Notes: a model not told the origin generated them from the letters alone. A stretch of 22,016 nucleotides of DNA from an uncultured archaeon (GCA_964373695.1 CAYJVT010000013.1:1-22016); one strand, 5' to 3'; shown: positions 7,887-15,680, numbered from the stretch's first letter. Made by a program: numbers and translations.

Positions 7887-8531
7887 ATGGGACGCATAGG
7901 AGTGGACGAGTCCGGGAAGGGCGACTACTTCGGATACCTGGTGGTGGCAGGAGCCTATTCCGACGAGAAGACGGACGCAAAGCTGAAGGAAATGCGGGTA
8001 AGAGATTCGAAAATAATAAGCGACTCCGAATGCCTGAGGCTCTCAACCAGAATAAAAAAAATATTCACCCATGACGTTCTCAAGATATCGCCGGAGAAAT
8101 ACAACAGCCTGTACGGGAAATTCGGCAACCTGAACAAGATGCTCGCATGGGGCCACGCGAAAGTCATAGACAACATGACGAAGAAGGTGAAGTGCACAAA
8201 GGTGATTTCAGACAAGTTCTCCGAGGAAAACCTCATAGAAGGCTACCTCGACCAGATGAAGAAAAATAATCCCGCCCTGGGGAAGGTAAGGCTCGAAAGA
8301 AAGGTCCGCGCGGAGAGCGACATGGCCGTCGCGGCCGCGTCAATCCTAGCAAGGGCCGAATACCTCAGGACGCTGCGCGCCATATCGATGGAGATAGGAT
8401 ACAGCCTGCCCAAGGGCGCTACCCATATCATGCAGGCAAGGGAAGACATCGTCAGGATGCACGGCGAAGACGCCTTGCAGCATGTCGCAAAGCTGCACTT
8501 CAAGATTGGTGGGAGAAAGCAGGGAACATGA
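7887..8531 (+). CDS. rnhC: Ribonuclease HIII-type RNase H (catalytic domain only)
   Basis: IGVDESGKGDYFG, VISDKF, RAESDMAVAAASILAR and LPKGA give a D-E-D-E acidic set typical of RNase HIII rather than HII. Confidence 0.85.
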   Translation: MGRIGVDESGKGDYFGYLVVAGAYSDEKTDAKLKEMRVRDSKIISDSECLRLSTRIKKIFTHDVLKISPEKYNSLYGKFGNLNKMLAWGHAKVIDNMTKKVKCTKVISDKFSEENLIEGYLDQMKKNNPALGKVRLERKVRAESDMAVAAASILARAEYLRTLRAISMEIGYSLPKGATHIMQAREDIVRMHGEDALQHVAKLHFKIGGRKQGT

Positions 8532-8562
8532 GGATTTATAGACTTCTATAAACCCAGAAATA

Positions 8563-9300
8563 ATGGGTCAATTAAAGGTCCTCATGGACTCGGAACAGAG
8601 AGAAAGATATGTTTCCGGCCTTCTCGAGCTTGAGGGATTGGAGGGAGTAGAGGAAGATGTATATGCCGCCTACTGTCCGATATCACTTACATCAACTCCT
8701 CAAAGGATAAAGCCCTACGTAAAGATGCGCCAGGAGATACTGAAAGGAGTTCTAAGACAATCCGGCATCACGCCCTATGACCCAAGCAATTCGGCGTCAT
8801 ACAATCCGGACATTAATAGATCCGCCAAACCCGAAGAAGTATACAATTTCGATTCCATGAGAGTGGCTCAGGCCAGATATTTCACGGGACACATGATTAT
8901 ACCTACATCAGGTTTCGGCGTCGAGATGGAAAAAGCCAGAACATTGAATAAGATAGCTGTCGCCCTATTGGATTCGAACATAAGAATAAGCCGCATGCTG
9001 CCGAGCAGAGTAATATATCTGCAATATGAGAATTTCGGCGACCAGTCCGATGAGTTCGTCCCGGTTTTCGATATGCTGAGGGGATTTGAGCCAGGCATGG
9101 GCCTTGATGACAGAAGACCTGTTCTTCTAGGATTTGAAAGGGGCTCCGGCAGGATAGTGGACCTTGCGGAAGAAGTTTATGCAGGGTTTCCCGAACTGAA
9201 ATTCAAGTATGACAAAGACACACCCCTGCTGGAGCTGGAATGCAGAGACATGGAGCGCATCTACGGAAGCCCGACTGCCAGAACCCTGCATCCAGATTAG
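8563..9300 (+). CDS. Nucleoside 2-deoxyribosyltransferase / DNPH1-like N-glycosidase fold protein
   Basis: PEEVYNFDSMRVAQA...PTSGFGVEMEKARTLNKIAVALL...ISRM parallels the NDT-family pattern VYxxD...PSxGxGxE...KxxxxL...SxM, including the candidate catalytic Glu. Confidence 0.6.
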   Translation: MGQLKVLMDSEQRERYVSGLLELEGLEGVEEDVYAAYCPISLTSTPQRIKPYVKMRQEILKGVLRQSGITPYDPSNSASYNPDINRSAKPEEVYNFDSMRVAQARYFTGHMIIPTSGFGVEMEKARTLNKIAVALLDSNIRISRMLPSRVIYLQYENFGDQSDEFVPVFDMLRGFEPGMGLDDRRPVLLGFERGSGRIVDLAEEVYAGFPELKFKYDKDTPLLELECRDMERIYGSPTARTLHPD

Positions 9301-9416
9301 GACTTCCTCATCTTGTCCTTGCAGACGTTGCATATGCTGCCGGCATTCGATTTCTCGAGCGCCCCCTCGCATATGATGCACTTTCCAGAAAAAGCCTTTT
9401 CTCTCGGGACAGCCAT
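9297..9416 (-). CDS. Zn-ribbon microprotein, 39 aa
   Basis: MAVPREKAFSGKCIICEGALEKSNAGSICNVCKDKMRKS*: two CxxC pairs; its stop overlaps the stop of the convergent NDT-like gene. Confidence 0.65.
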   Translation of the reverse strand: MAVPREKAFSGKCIICEGALEKSNAGSICNVCKDKMRKS

Positions 9417-9545
9417 GTTATCACTGCATTAATTTGCACGGAAAATTTATTAAGGCAAGACCCCAATTACGCCGGAATCACGCCGAAACCCCGCTTAACC
9501 TGTTGAATGACTTTAAGTAATTTCTTGGATAAAGCCATTAACATC

Positions 9546-9583
9546 TCAGAATGAGTGGTGCGCATTCTGAAGATTTAAATCTT
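9546..9583. promoter_or_regulatory. Tandem palindromes over a TATA-like box in the divergent region upstream of sepF
   Basis: TCAGAATG-n9-CATTCTGA (9546-9570) abuts the perfect palindrome AAGATTTAAATCTT (9570-9583), which contains TTTAAA. Confidence 0.45.
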
Positions 9584-9628
9584 TCATGATACATATAATA
9601 AAATATCTTTGACAAAAGAGGTGCGTAT

Positions 9629-9961
9629 ATGCTGAACATTTTCAACAGGAAGAGGGAAGAGGAGCCGAAGATAGAGGAGTTCACTGAAGTCCTCCAGGAA
9701 GATGACGAGCAGAAAAAGATAAACATAATAATAGAGAAGCTCGAGGGCCTCGTGGATGCCGACCCCATAATAAAGAAAGTCAAGGACGGCCACATCGTCC
9801 TCGCCCACATAAAGGGCCTCCGGGAGAGCAACATGGAGGAGCTGAAGCAGAGCATCGGCAAAATCAGGACCTACACCGCCAACATGAACGGCGACGTAGT
9901 GGGCGTCGGCGACGAATGGCTTGTCGTGGCACCGTCAAGCGTCGAGATAAAGAGGAACTAG
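9629..9961 (+). CDS. sepF: Archaeal cell division protein SepF
   Basis: Acidic N-terminal linker, then IIKKVKDGHIVLAHI...LKQSIGKI...GDVVGVGDEWLVVAPSSVEIKR, the archaeal SepF/DUF552 core; GAGGTG RBS upstream. Confidence 0.85.
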   Translation: MLNIFNRKREEEPKIEEFTEVLQEDDEQKKINIIIEKLEGLVDADPIIKKVKDGHIVLAHIKGLRESNMEELKQSIGKIRTYTANMNGDVVGVGDEWLVVAPSSVEIKRN

Positions 9962-10064
9962 GATGCAAAGGTCTAGGGTATATTGAGAAAGAAAAGAAGC
10001 TGGCCTCAGAAGGGCAAGAAGACAGTATGAGACGGCAGAAAGAATTCATTCTAATTTATGTTAT

Positions 10065-10286
10065 ATGAAGGGCAAATCCGGTGCTGAAATCAGGCTACTT
10101 CTGAATAATGAACAACCCAAAGAGTTATATTTCCGCGACCGTGTATATAGAAAACTAATCGGAATGGACCCAGACACTGAAGTTTATAACCCAGAAGCGA
10201 TTGGTATAATCAAACGACAAACTCTAAAGATGGCTGGCAGAATACGGGCGAGAAGAATGTCGGAAAATGAATATACGACTCTCTGA
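10065..10286 (+). CDS. Hypothetical protein, 73 aa
   Basis: ORF in an otherwise empty gap; no recognisable motif. Confidence 0.4.
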   Translation: MKGKSGAEIRLLLNNEQPKELYFRDRVYRKLIGMDPDTEVYNPEAIGIIKRQTLKMAGRIRARRMSENEYTTL

Positions 10287-10419
10287 AGGCTTCTCCAGAA
10301 GAGATAATGTCGTCGATGATGGAAACAACACAGGTACTCTAGAACCTTTAAGAAGCGCATCCTACAATTATAATCAGGCACGTTAGTGCTTATCAATAAA
10401 AAATCGGAGTGTGGTTTGA

Positions 10420-10575
10420 ATGGCAGCAAAGAAAGCTTTCGGCGGATACAAGATATCCTTCAAGGGAAGAAGCGATACAGTAGAAGACGTCTTCGGGAAA
10501 GGAGACCTTGCGCCGAGCGAAATGACCAAGAAACTGTGGGTATACATCAAGGCAAAGAAACTTGCCGGCAAATAA
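10420..10575 (+). CDS. Small SWIB/MDM2-domain-like protein, 51 aa
   Basis: MAAKKAFGGYKISFKGRSDTVEDVFGKGDLAPSEMTKKLWVYIKAKKLAGK*: the P/S-E-x-TKKLW-x-YIK-xx-L SWIB helix motif; GGAGTG RBS at 10406. Confidence 0.75.
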   Translation: MAAKKAFGGYKISFKGRSDTVEDVFGKGDLAPSEMTKKLWVYIKAKKLAGK

Positions 10576-10661
10576 GTTATTTTTCTCTTCTTTTTGTTTC
10601 TCTATCTGTTATAAATACTCGAAGCAGTCATATCATTCTTAACAAAAATGGAGGCGGTTCC

Positions 10662-10832
10662 ATGGGATTGGTAGTTGTATCAGGCGTGAAGGAAGTCGTG
10701 AAGAAGCACGAGATGAACTGCGGCGGGGATTTATGCGAAGCCCTTGACAAGAAGGTGGAGCATCTCATCGCCGAGGCGGCAGCACGCGCGAAGTCCAATG
10801 ACAGGAAGACTGTAAGAGCAGGCGACTTATAA
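10662..10832 (+). CDS. Short histone-fold protein (DUF1931-like), 56 aa
   Basis: MGLVVVSGVKEVVKKHEMNCGGDLCEALDKKVEHLIAEAAARAKSNDRKTVRAGDL*: long central helix and the RKTVxxxDL histone C-terminal motif; GGAGG RBS at 10650. The track's 148-aa start is an upstream read-through. Confidence 0.85.
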   Translation: MGLVVVSGVKEVVKKHEMNCGGDLCEALDKKVEHLIAEAAARAKSNDRKTVRAGDL

Positions 10833-10868
10833 GGTTCCTTTTAATCCTGCGATTTCCATTTTATTTTT

Positions 10869-11624
10869 ATGGCTGTCCTTCTTTCCACATTGCACGACCC
10901 CGACGGGAAGTTCGCCCGGATAAAAAATGCGGAAAAACTTGTGGAAGCCGCGGCTTCCAACTACCCGAAGTCAGTGATAAACATCACGAAGGCCACTTCG
11001 GCCTGGACAAAAAAACTTGTTTTGAAACGCTTCGAGTGCATATACTCGGGAACGGGGAGCATGGGCGAGCACATGGTAAGCCTGATGAAGCACTCATGGA
11101 CAAAAGGCGACACTTTTCATTACTGCGACTTCGACAGGCTGCTGCACTGGCAGCGCCGATATCCGGAGGAGCTGAGGAAAACGGCCCGGGCAGTATCGTC
11201 GTCAAAAGGCTTCATTTTCATAAACAGGAGCAGGCGCGCGTTCGAGAGCCATCCTGAAACCCAGAAGGACACGGAAACGATAATGAACATGGTCGCGTCG
11301 GCGTACATGGGAAGGCGCGTCGACATCGGAAGCGGCACCTTCGGCTTCGACCGGAAAGCGTGCAGGAAATTCTCCATGATAAGGGGCGACGTTTCCGAAC
11401 TGAGGTTCCTCGGGCACTTCATCGCATCCGTAAAGAAAAGCAGGATGCCGGTGAGATGCATAAACTCCGAAGGCATGGAATGGGAAACACCCGACATCCA
11501 CCAGGACGAGATAAGGCGCATAGGGTACAAAAGATGGCTCGCAAGGTTCCAGAGCCAAAAGGAATGGATAAGAAGGACGGAAAACCTGAGGCAGGTCGTC
11601 GAGATACTCACGGATGATTTTTAG
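10869..11624 (+). CDS. Conserved hypothetical protein, possibly GT-A glycosyltransferase-like fold
   Basis: HYCDFDRLLHW (DxD), RAFESHPxxQxxTE and EWETPD blocks that I recognise as a conserved uncharacterised family; the fold is inferred. Confidence 0.6.
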   Translation: MAVLLSTLHDPDGKFARIKNAEKLVEAAASNYPKSVINITKATSAWTKKLVLKRFECIYSGTGSMGEHMVSLMKHSWTKGDTFHYCDFDRLLHWQRRYPEELRKTARAVSSSKGFIFINRSRRAFESHPETQKDTETIMNMVASAYMGRRVDIGSGTFGFDRKACRKFSMIRGDVSELRFLGHFIASVKKSRMPVRCINSEGMEWETPDIHQDEIRRIGYKRWLARFQSQKEWIRRTENLRQVVEILTDDF

Positions 11625-12315
11625 TCTTTTTTCGGCTTTTTTTCTCGGCCGTTGCATGGGCCGCCCTCGCTCTGCATTCTTCCATCAGAACCTCGTCTTC
11701 GCTTAACCTTATCCTCCATGTCTCCCTTTGAGCCTTCGCCCTGTCTGCCACATTCAGCTCCAGGGCATGAACATCTATCAATACCCCACGATAGAGTCCT
11801 TTGGGATACATGGCCAGCAAGCTCGGGTATCTTTCAACATATCTGGCAACAGACGATACTGAAACTTCTTCAGGCGGCAAATACCTGCCGTTTTCGCCTC
11901 TGGTTCCGAATTGCGGTAGTATAACCTTCCTCAATAAAAGCCTTCTCCTCTCCTTCATGCGGCTTCTGTTGTGTTTTGCGGCCCTGCCAATCGCTCTTCT
12001 ATGCGTCTCATAGTCCTGGCTCATGCGGGCTTTCCCCAGATTGTCAAGAATTCTTTGGCGGTGTTCTGCATCAGAACGCATCTTGTGATAAGCCGCTATG
12101 CTTATCGCCTCCCTCCTTCCTACTTCAACTTCCACAAGAGTTCCCCGGTTAATCATTTCATCTATGTCGTCAGCCGCCATTCCGTATGATATAAGGTCTT
12201 GCCGCCTGAATCTGTAGGTTTTCAAAGACAGATAGCCAGCTAAAGACGTATTGACATCTTCGGATTGCCTTACTGCATCAAGTATTTTTTTATGATTGAA
12301 CTGGTAGACCTTCAT
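11608..12315 (-). CDS. Hypothetical, strongly basic protein, 235 aa
   Basis: Long ORF filling the space divergent to XPD; Arg/Lys-rich; no family recognised. Confidence 0.6.
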   Translation of the reverse strand: MKVYQFNHKKILDAVRQSEDVNTSLAGYLSLKTYRFRRQDLISYGMAADDIDEMINRGTLVEVEVGRREAISIAAYHKMRSDAEHRQRILDNLGKARMSQDYETHRRAIGRAAKHNRSRMKERRRLLLRKVILPQFGTRGENGRYLPPEEVSVSSVARYVERYPSLLAMYPKGLYRGVLIDVHALELNVADRAKAQRETWRIRLSEDEVLMEECRARAAHATAEKKSRKKTKNHP

Positions 12316-12378
12316 AGATGGCGTAAAACAGTAAATTATTTATGCTTGATTCTTAAGCCCTTATCCCAATATGTAAGA

Positions 12379-14247
12379 ATGTTCCCGTTCTCCGAGCCGC
12401 GCGCAGTGCAGATGGAATTCATCGCGGACGTAAAGGGCTGTCTTGAGAATAAAAGGCATCTGATAGCGAACGCGCCGACAGGCCTCGGGAAGACTGCGGC
12501 GACCATATCTTCATGCCTTGAATTCGCCATCGAGCACGGGAAGACGGTGTTCTTCCTGACTCCGAGGCACTCCCAGCACCAGATAGCCATAGACACCCTC
12601 AGGCTGATAAAGAAGAAATTCCCCGACAGGAAGTTCACCTCTACCGACATCATAGGGAAGAAATGGCTGTGCTCCGTGGGCGGGATACAGGAGCTGACAA
12701 GCGGCGAGTTCCACAACTACTGCAGGACCGTCGTCAGGGAGGAGAGGTGCAACTACTACAACAACACGAGGTCGAAGAGCCACGCCCTGACCCTATCGGC
12801 TGAATCGAAACTGAAGGAACTCCTTTTGCTGCAGCCCCTTCATGCGGAGGAAACGCTTTCTGACAGGTTCTGCCCGTACGAGCTGCTCATCGACATGGCA
12901 CGGAAGAGCGACATAATAATCGGCGACTATTACCACATATTCTCGCCGCACAGGGGAGCCATGCTCATGAAGATGAAGAAGGAGCTTTCCGACCTTATAC
13001 TCATAGTTGATGAGGCCCACAATCTTCCGGATAGAGTGCGCAGCCTCATGACCAGAAAGCTCAGCTCGCTGTCCCTCGAAAGTGCGATGAAGGAAGCAAA
13101 GGCCTTCGGGTATGAGGACATAAAGCAGAGGATACTGGGCATCATGGAAGCCATGGAGTCCGTCAAGAAGAACAAGCTGAAGAACGACGCGGAAAATTTC
13201 GTCGAGAAGGACGCCTTCACAAGGCTCATGGAGGAGAAGGCCGGGAACCTGGGCGATTTCACTGAGGCGCTGGACGAGGCGGCCGGAGAAGTGATAAAGG
13301 ACAAGAAACGCTCCTACATCGACATGCTTTCGGAGTTCGTCAGGGGATGGACGGAAAGCGACGAGAAGGGCTATTCAAGGGTCATATCCAGGAGGAAGAG
13401 CATGTCCGGAAAAAGTTTCATCCTTCTGAGCCACAGGTGCCTGGACCCGTCCCTGTATACGGGCGACATAATAGGGGGCACGCACTCCACGATAATAATG
13501 TCAGGGACCCTGTCGCCCACGGAGATGTACAGGGACATACTGGGATTCCAGCCCGAAAGGACGGACATGCGGAGCTACAAGTCGCCTTTCCTCAGGAAGA
13601 ACCGACTGAACATAATAGTGAGGGGCGTCACCACAAAATACTCCATGAGGACGGACGACAACTATGCGAAGATGGCAGGCCACATCGTCGAAGCATGCCA
13701 TCGCATCCCGAACAACGTCGCAGTGTTCTTCCCGAGCTACTTCATGAGGGACATGATACACAGGCTTGTAATGGACAGGCTTGGAAAAGAGATAATACTT
13801 GAGGAGCAGAACGCCGGCAAGGCGGAGAAGCGGATGATATACGACAGGTTCGTCGCGGCGCATGAGAAAGGCGCGGTCCTTCTGGGCGTGCAGGCCGGGA
13901 GCTTCGCCGAGGGCGTCGACCTGCCCGGCAAGTTCCTGAACGGCGTGATCGTGGTCGGCATCCCGCTGGAAAGGCCGGACCTTGAGACGAAGGCCCTCAT
14001 AGAATACTACGACTACAAGTTCAAGCGCGGATGGGATTATGGATACACATATCCTGCCATGGTCAGGTCGATACAGGCGGCCGGGCGCTGCATCCGCTCC
14101 GAAAGCGACAGGGGGGTGTGTATATTCCTCGACGAGCGCTTCGGGTGGGCCAACTACAGGAAGGTCTTCCCGCCGGACCTCGACATAAGGACAATGGACA
14201 ATCCGGTGCCGCTTGTGGAGGAGTTCTTCAGGGACGGCAGCTCTTGA
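12379..14247 (+). CDS. xpd: XPD/Rad3-family Fe-S DNA helicase (likely start MFPFSEPR at 12379)
   Basis: Q motif PRAVQ, Walker A APTGLGKT, four Fe-S Cys (WLC, YC, RC, FCPY), DEAH, SGTL, VFFPSY, EGVD, QAAGRCIRS. Confidence 0.93.
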   Translation: MFPFSEPRAVQMEFIADVKGCLENKRHLIANAPTGLGKTAATISSCLEFAIEHGKTVFFLTPRHSQHQIAIDTLRLIKKKFPDRKFTSTDIIGKKWLCSVGGIQELTSGEFHNYCRTVVREERCNYYNNTRSKSHALTLSAESKLKELLLLQPLHAEETLSDRFCPYELLIDMARKSDIIIGDYYHIFSPHRGAMLMKMKKELSDLILIVDEAHNLPDRVRSLMTRKLSSLSLESAMKEAKAFGYEDIKQRILGIMEAMESVKKNKLKNDAENFVEKDAFTRLMEEKAGNLGDFTEALDEAAGEVIKDKKRSYIDMLSEFVRGWTESDEKGYSRVISRRKSMSGKSFILLSHRCLDPSLYTGDIIGGTHSTIIMSGTLSPTEMYRDILGFQPERTDMRSYKSPFLRKNRLNIIVRGVTTKYSMRTDDNYAKMAGHIVEACHRIPNNVAVFFPSYFMRDMIHRLVMDRLGKEIILEEQNAGKAEKRMIYDRFVAAHEKGAVLLGVQAGSFAEGVDLPGKFLNGVIVVGIPLERPDLETKALIEYYDYKFKRGWDYGYTYPAMVRSIQAAGRCIRSESDRGVCIFLDERFGWANYRKVFPPDLDIRTMDNPVPLVEEFFRDGSS

Positions 14248-14332
14248 AATCCGTGCGAGGAATAGAAGCAGTTGTATCACACGATAAAGAAGTCATGTCT
14301 ATAATAAATTTCATAAGCCTAAATTTTAGGTT

Positions 14333-14428
14333 TATAGTGAAACAAGCAAATAAACAGGATATGATTTGCTTGTTTCACATATAGTTCCAAAGAAAAGTAT
14401 ATATTGAATCTTTTCTTTGAGCACTATA
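14333..14428. mobile_element. Third copy of the TA-flanked double-hairpin element (core 14335-14426)
   Basis: TA-TAGTGAAACAAGCAAAT-AAACAGGATATG-ATTTGCTTGTTTCAC-A-TATA-GTTCCAAAGAAAAG...CTTTTCTTTG-A-GCACTA-TA; colinear with 7173-7270 and sharing the loop AAATAAACAGGATAT. Confidence 0.7.
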
Positions 14429-14429
14429 A

Positions 14430-15326
14430 TCATTCATATAGAAATTTATAATTCTTCTTAATGGCTCTGAAAAGAAAGTCAGTAATCATTCTATAATTCT
14501 CATCATTCCCTTTCCTCACAGACTTTATGTAATTATTTCTGTCCTTTACACAGATATTAACCTCAGGATAATTGTTTTTCTTGAGTATATAATTCATGAG
14601 AAGGCGTGAAATTCTTCCGTTTCCGTCTGTAAATGGATGTATGGTAACGAATTTCATTGAAAATAGTATTGCAAGCTCAAAAGGATGTATATTCTTGTTT
14701 TTCTTGTACCATTTCATTAAATTGTGCATTAATTTAGGGATTTGGGAATGCTGAGGCAACTTGACATCCGAGCCTATAGAAACTCTGACTTCCCTGTATT
14801 TCCCTTTTTTATCATCTATATTGTTCATTATAATGCTATGCAACTTTAATATTATTTTCTCATTTATATCGCCTCTATAGCGAGAAAGAAATTCAAGAGC
14901 TTCTTTATGGTTTTTTGCCTCATTGACTTCCCTGAGGCTTGTGTTTTTCGGTATTATGTTGTCGTTTATTATCATGGAAGTTTCCCTGAGGCTGAGGGAA
15001 GTCCCTTCTATGGCGTTTGAATTATAAGTAAGCTCTGTGAAGAACCATTCCATGAAGCGGCTTTGGGCGGCTTTGCCACCTTTTTTCGAATATTCGTCAA
15101 ACTTCAACTTTATTTCTTCTATCTGCCTGATTTGTTCCCTGTCAAGATATGAATGTTTTACAAGATTTTTTTCGAAAACGGCCTTTTCCATTTCTATAGT
15201 TTCTTTCGGCAGATTTCCCTTCCCTATATACTTTCGTATCTTCTTCCAGCCTCCGTTATGCCTTATATTTTTGACTAGATAAAAATACCTCTTCTTCCCT
15301 TTTCTCTTGACTTCTATATATGCCAT
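14430..15326 (-). CDS. fic: Fic-domain AMP-transferase with an N-terminal beta-rich basic (putative DNA-binding) domain
   Basis: Canonical HPFTDGNGRISR; internal inhibitory-type SNAIEG motif; N-terminus MAYIEVKRKGKKRYFYLVKNIR. Start 15326 is preferred because TTTAAATA lies about 22 nt upstream. AT-rich. Confidence 0.9.
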   Translation of the reverse strand: MAYIEVKRKGKKRYFYLVKNIRHNGGWKKIRKYIGKGNLPKETIEMEKAVFEKNLVKHSYLDREQIRQIEEIKLKFDEYSKKGGKAAQSRFMEWFFTELTYNSNAIEGTSLSLRETSMIINDNIIPKNTSLREVNEAKNHKEALEFLSRYRGDINEKIILKLHSIIMNNIDDKKGKYREVRVSIGSDVKLPQHSQIPKLMHNLMKWYKKNKNIHPFELAILFSMKFVTIHPFTDGNGRISRLLMNYILKKNNYPEVNICVKDRNNYIKSVRKGNDENYRMITDFLFRAIKKNYKFLYE

Positions 15327-15335
15327 GAATCTATA

Positions 15336-15375
15336 TACGGGCACAAATATTTAAAGACAAAAATATGTGCCCGTA
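15336..15375. promoter_or_regulatory. Inverted repeat enclosing the fic TATA box (candidate operator)
   Basis: TACGGGCACA (15336-15345) and TGTGCCCGTA (15366-15375) form a perfect 10-bp IR around TTTAAA at 15350-15355. Confidence 0.6.
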
Positions 15376-15405
15376 ACTAACTAAAGGAATTGGTCCGAAC
15401 AGTCG

Positions 15406-15655
15406 TCAGGGGCTGTAATTGACGACGTCCTCGAAGCTGCATTCACACGGCGCTTTCCTGCACTCGTGGCAGTTTTCGGAAAACATCCTTGAAATCTCGT
15501 CGGCCACACCCCTACATATTCGCAATGAGCTTCCATGTACCGCCCCACGCCGGCTGACAGCATCAAAACCTCTTCGGCAGGCTGTCGTCGAGAAAATGCA
15601 ATAAGGCGTCTGTAAGAATCCGTCTGTACGTGCCGAGGCCCGCTTCATGCCCCAT
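15406..15655 (-). pseudogene. Possible decayed MazG-like gene remnant
   Basis: One frame ends VADEISRMFSENCHECRKAPCECSFEDVVNYSP, resembling the Cys-rich tail I recall from CPR/DPANN MazG-like proteins. Upstream coding-like pieces (MGHEAGLGTYRRILTDALLHFL; TWKLIANM*) are in another frame. Confidence 0.3.
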
Positions 15656-15680
15656 GCAATTTATTTCATTCGTGTACTAT

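Noticed and set aside
10652-10660. 9-nt match AGGCGGTTC between the putative omega-RNA guide flank (21866-21874) and the histone RBS region
   Set aside because: A 9-mer match has roughly a 0.17 chance expectation over both strands of 22 kb, and the match does not extend.
10386-10661. 148-aa version of the histone ORF
   Set aside because: The upstream part overlaps the SWIB gene in another frame; a GGAGG RBS supports the start at 10662.
12265-12378. N-terminal extension of XPD
   Set aside because: It overlaps the divergent gene and the AT-rich promoter; the Q-motif region begins at MFPF (12379).
7125-14428. Canonical integron attC sites
   Set aside because: The RYYYAAC/GTTRRRY cores are missing and no integron integrase is in the window; kept only as a structural analogy.
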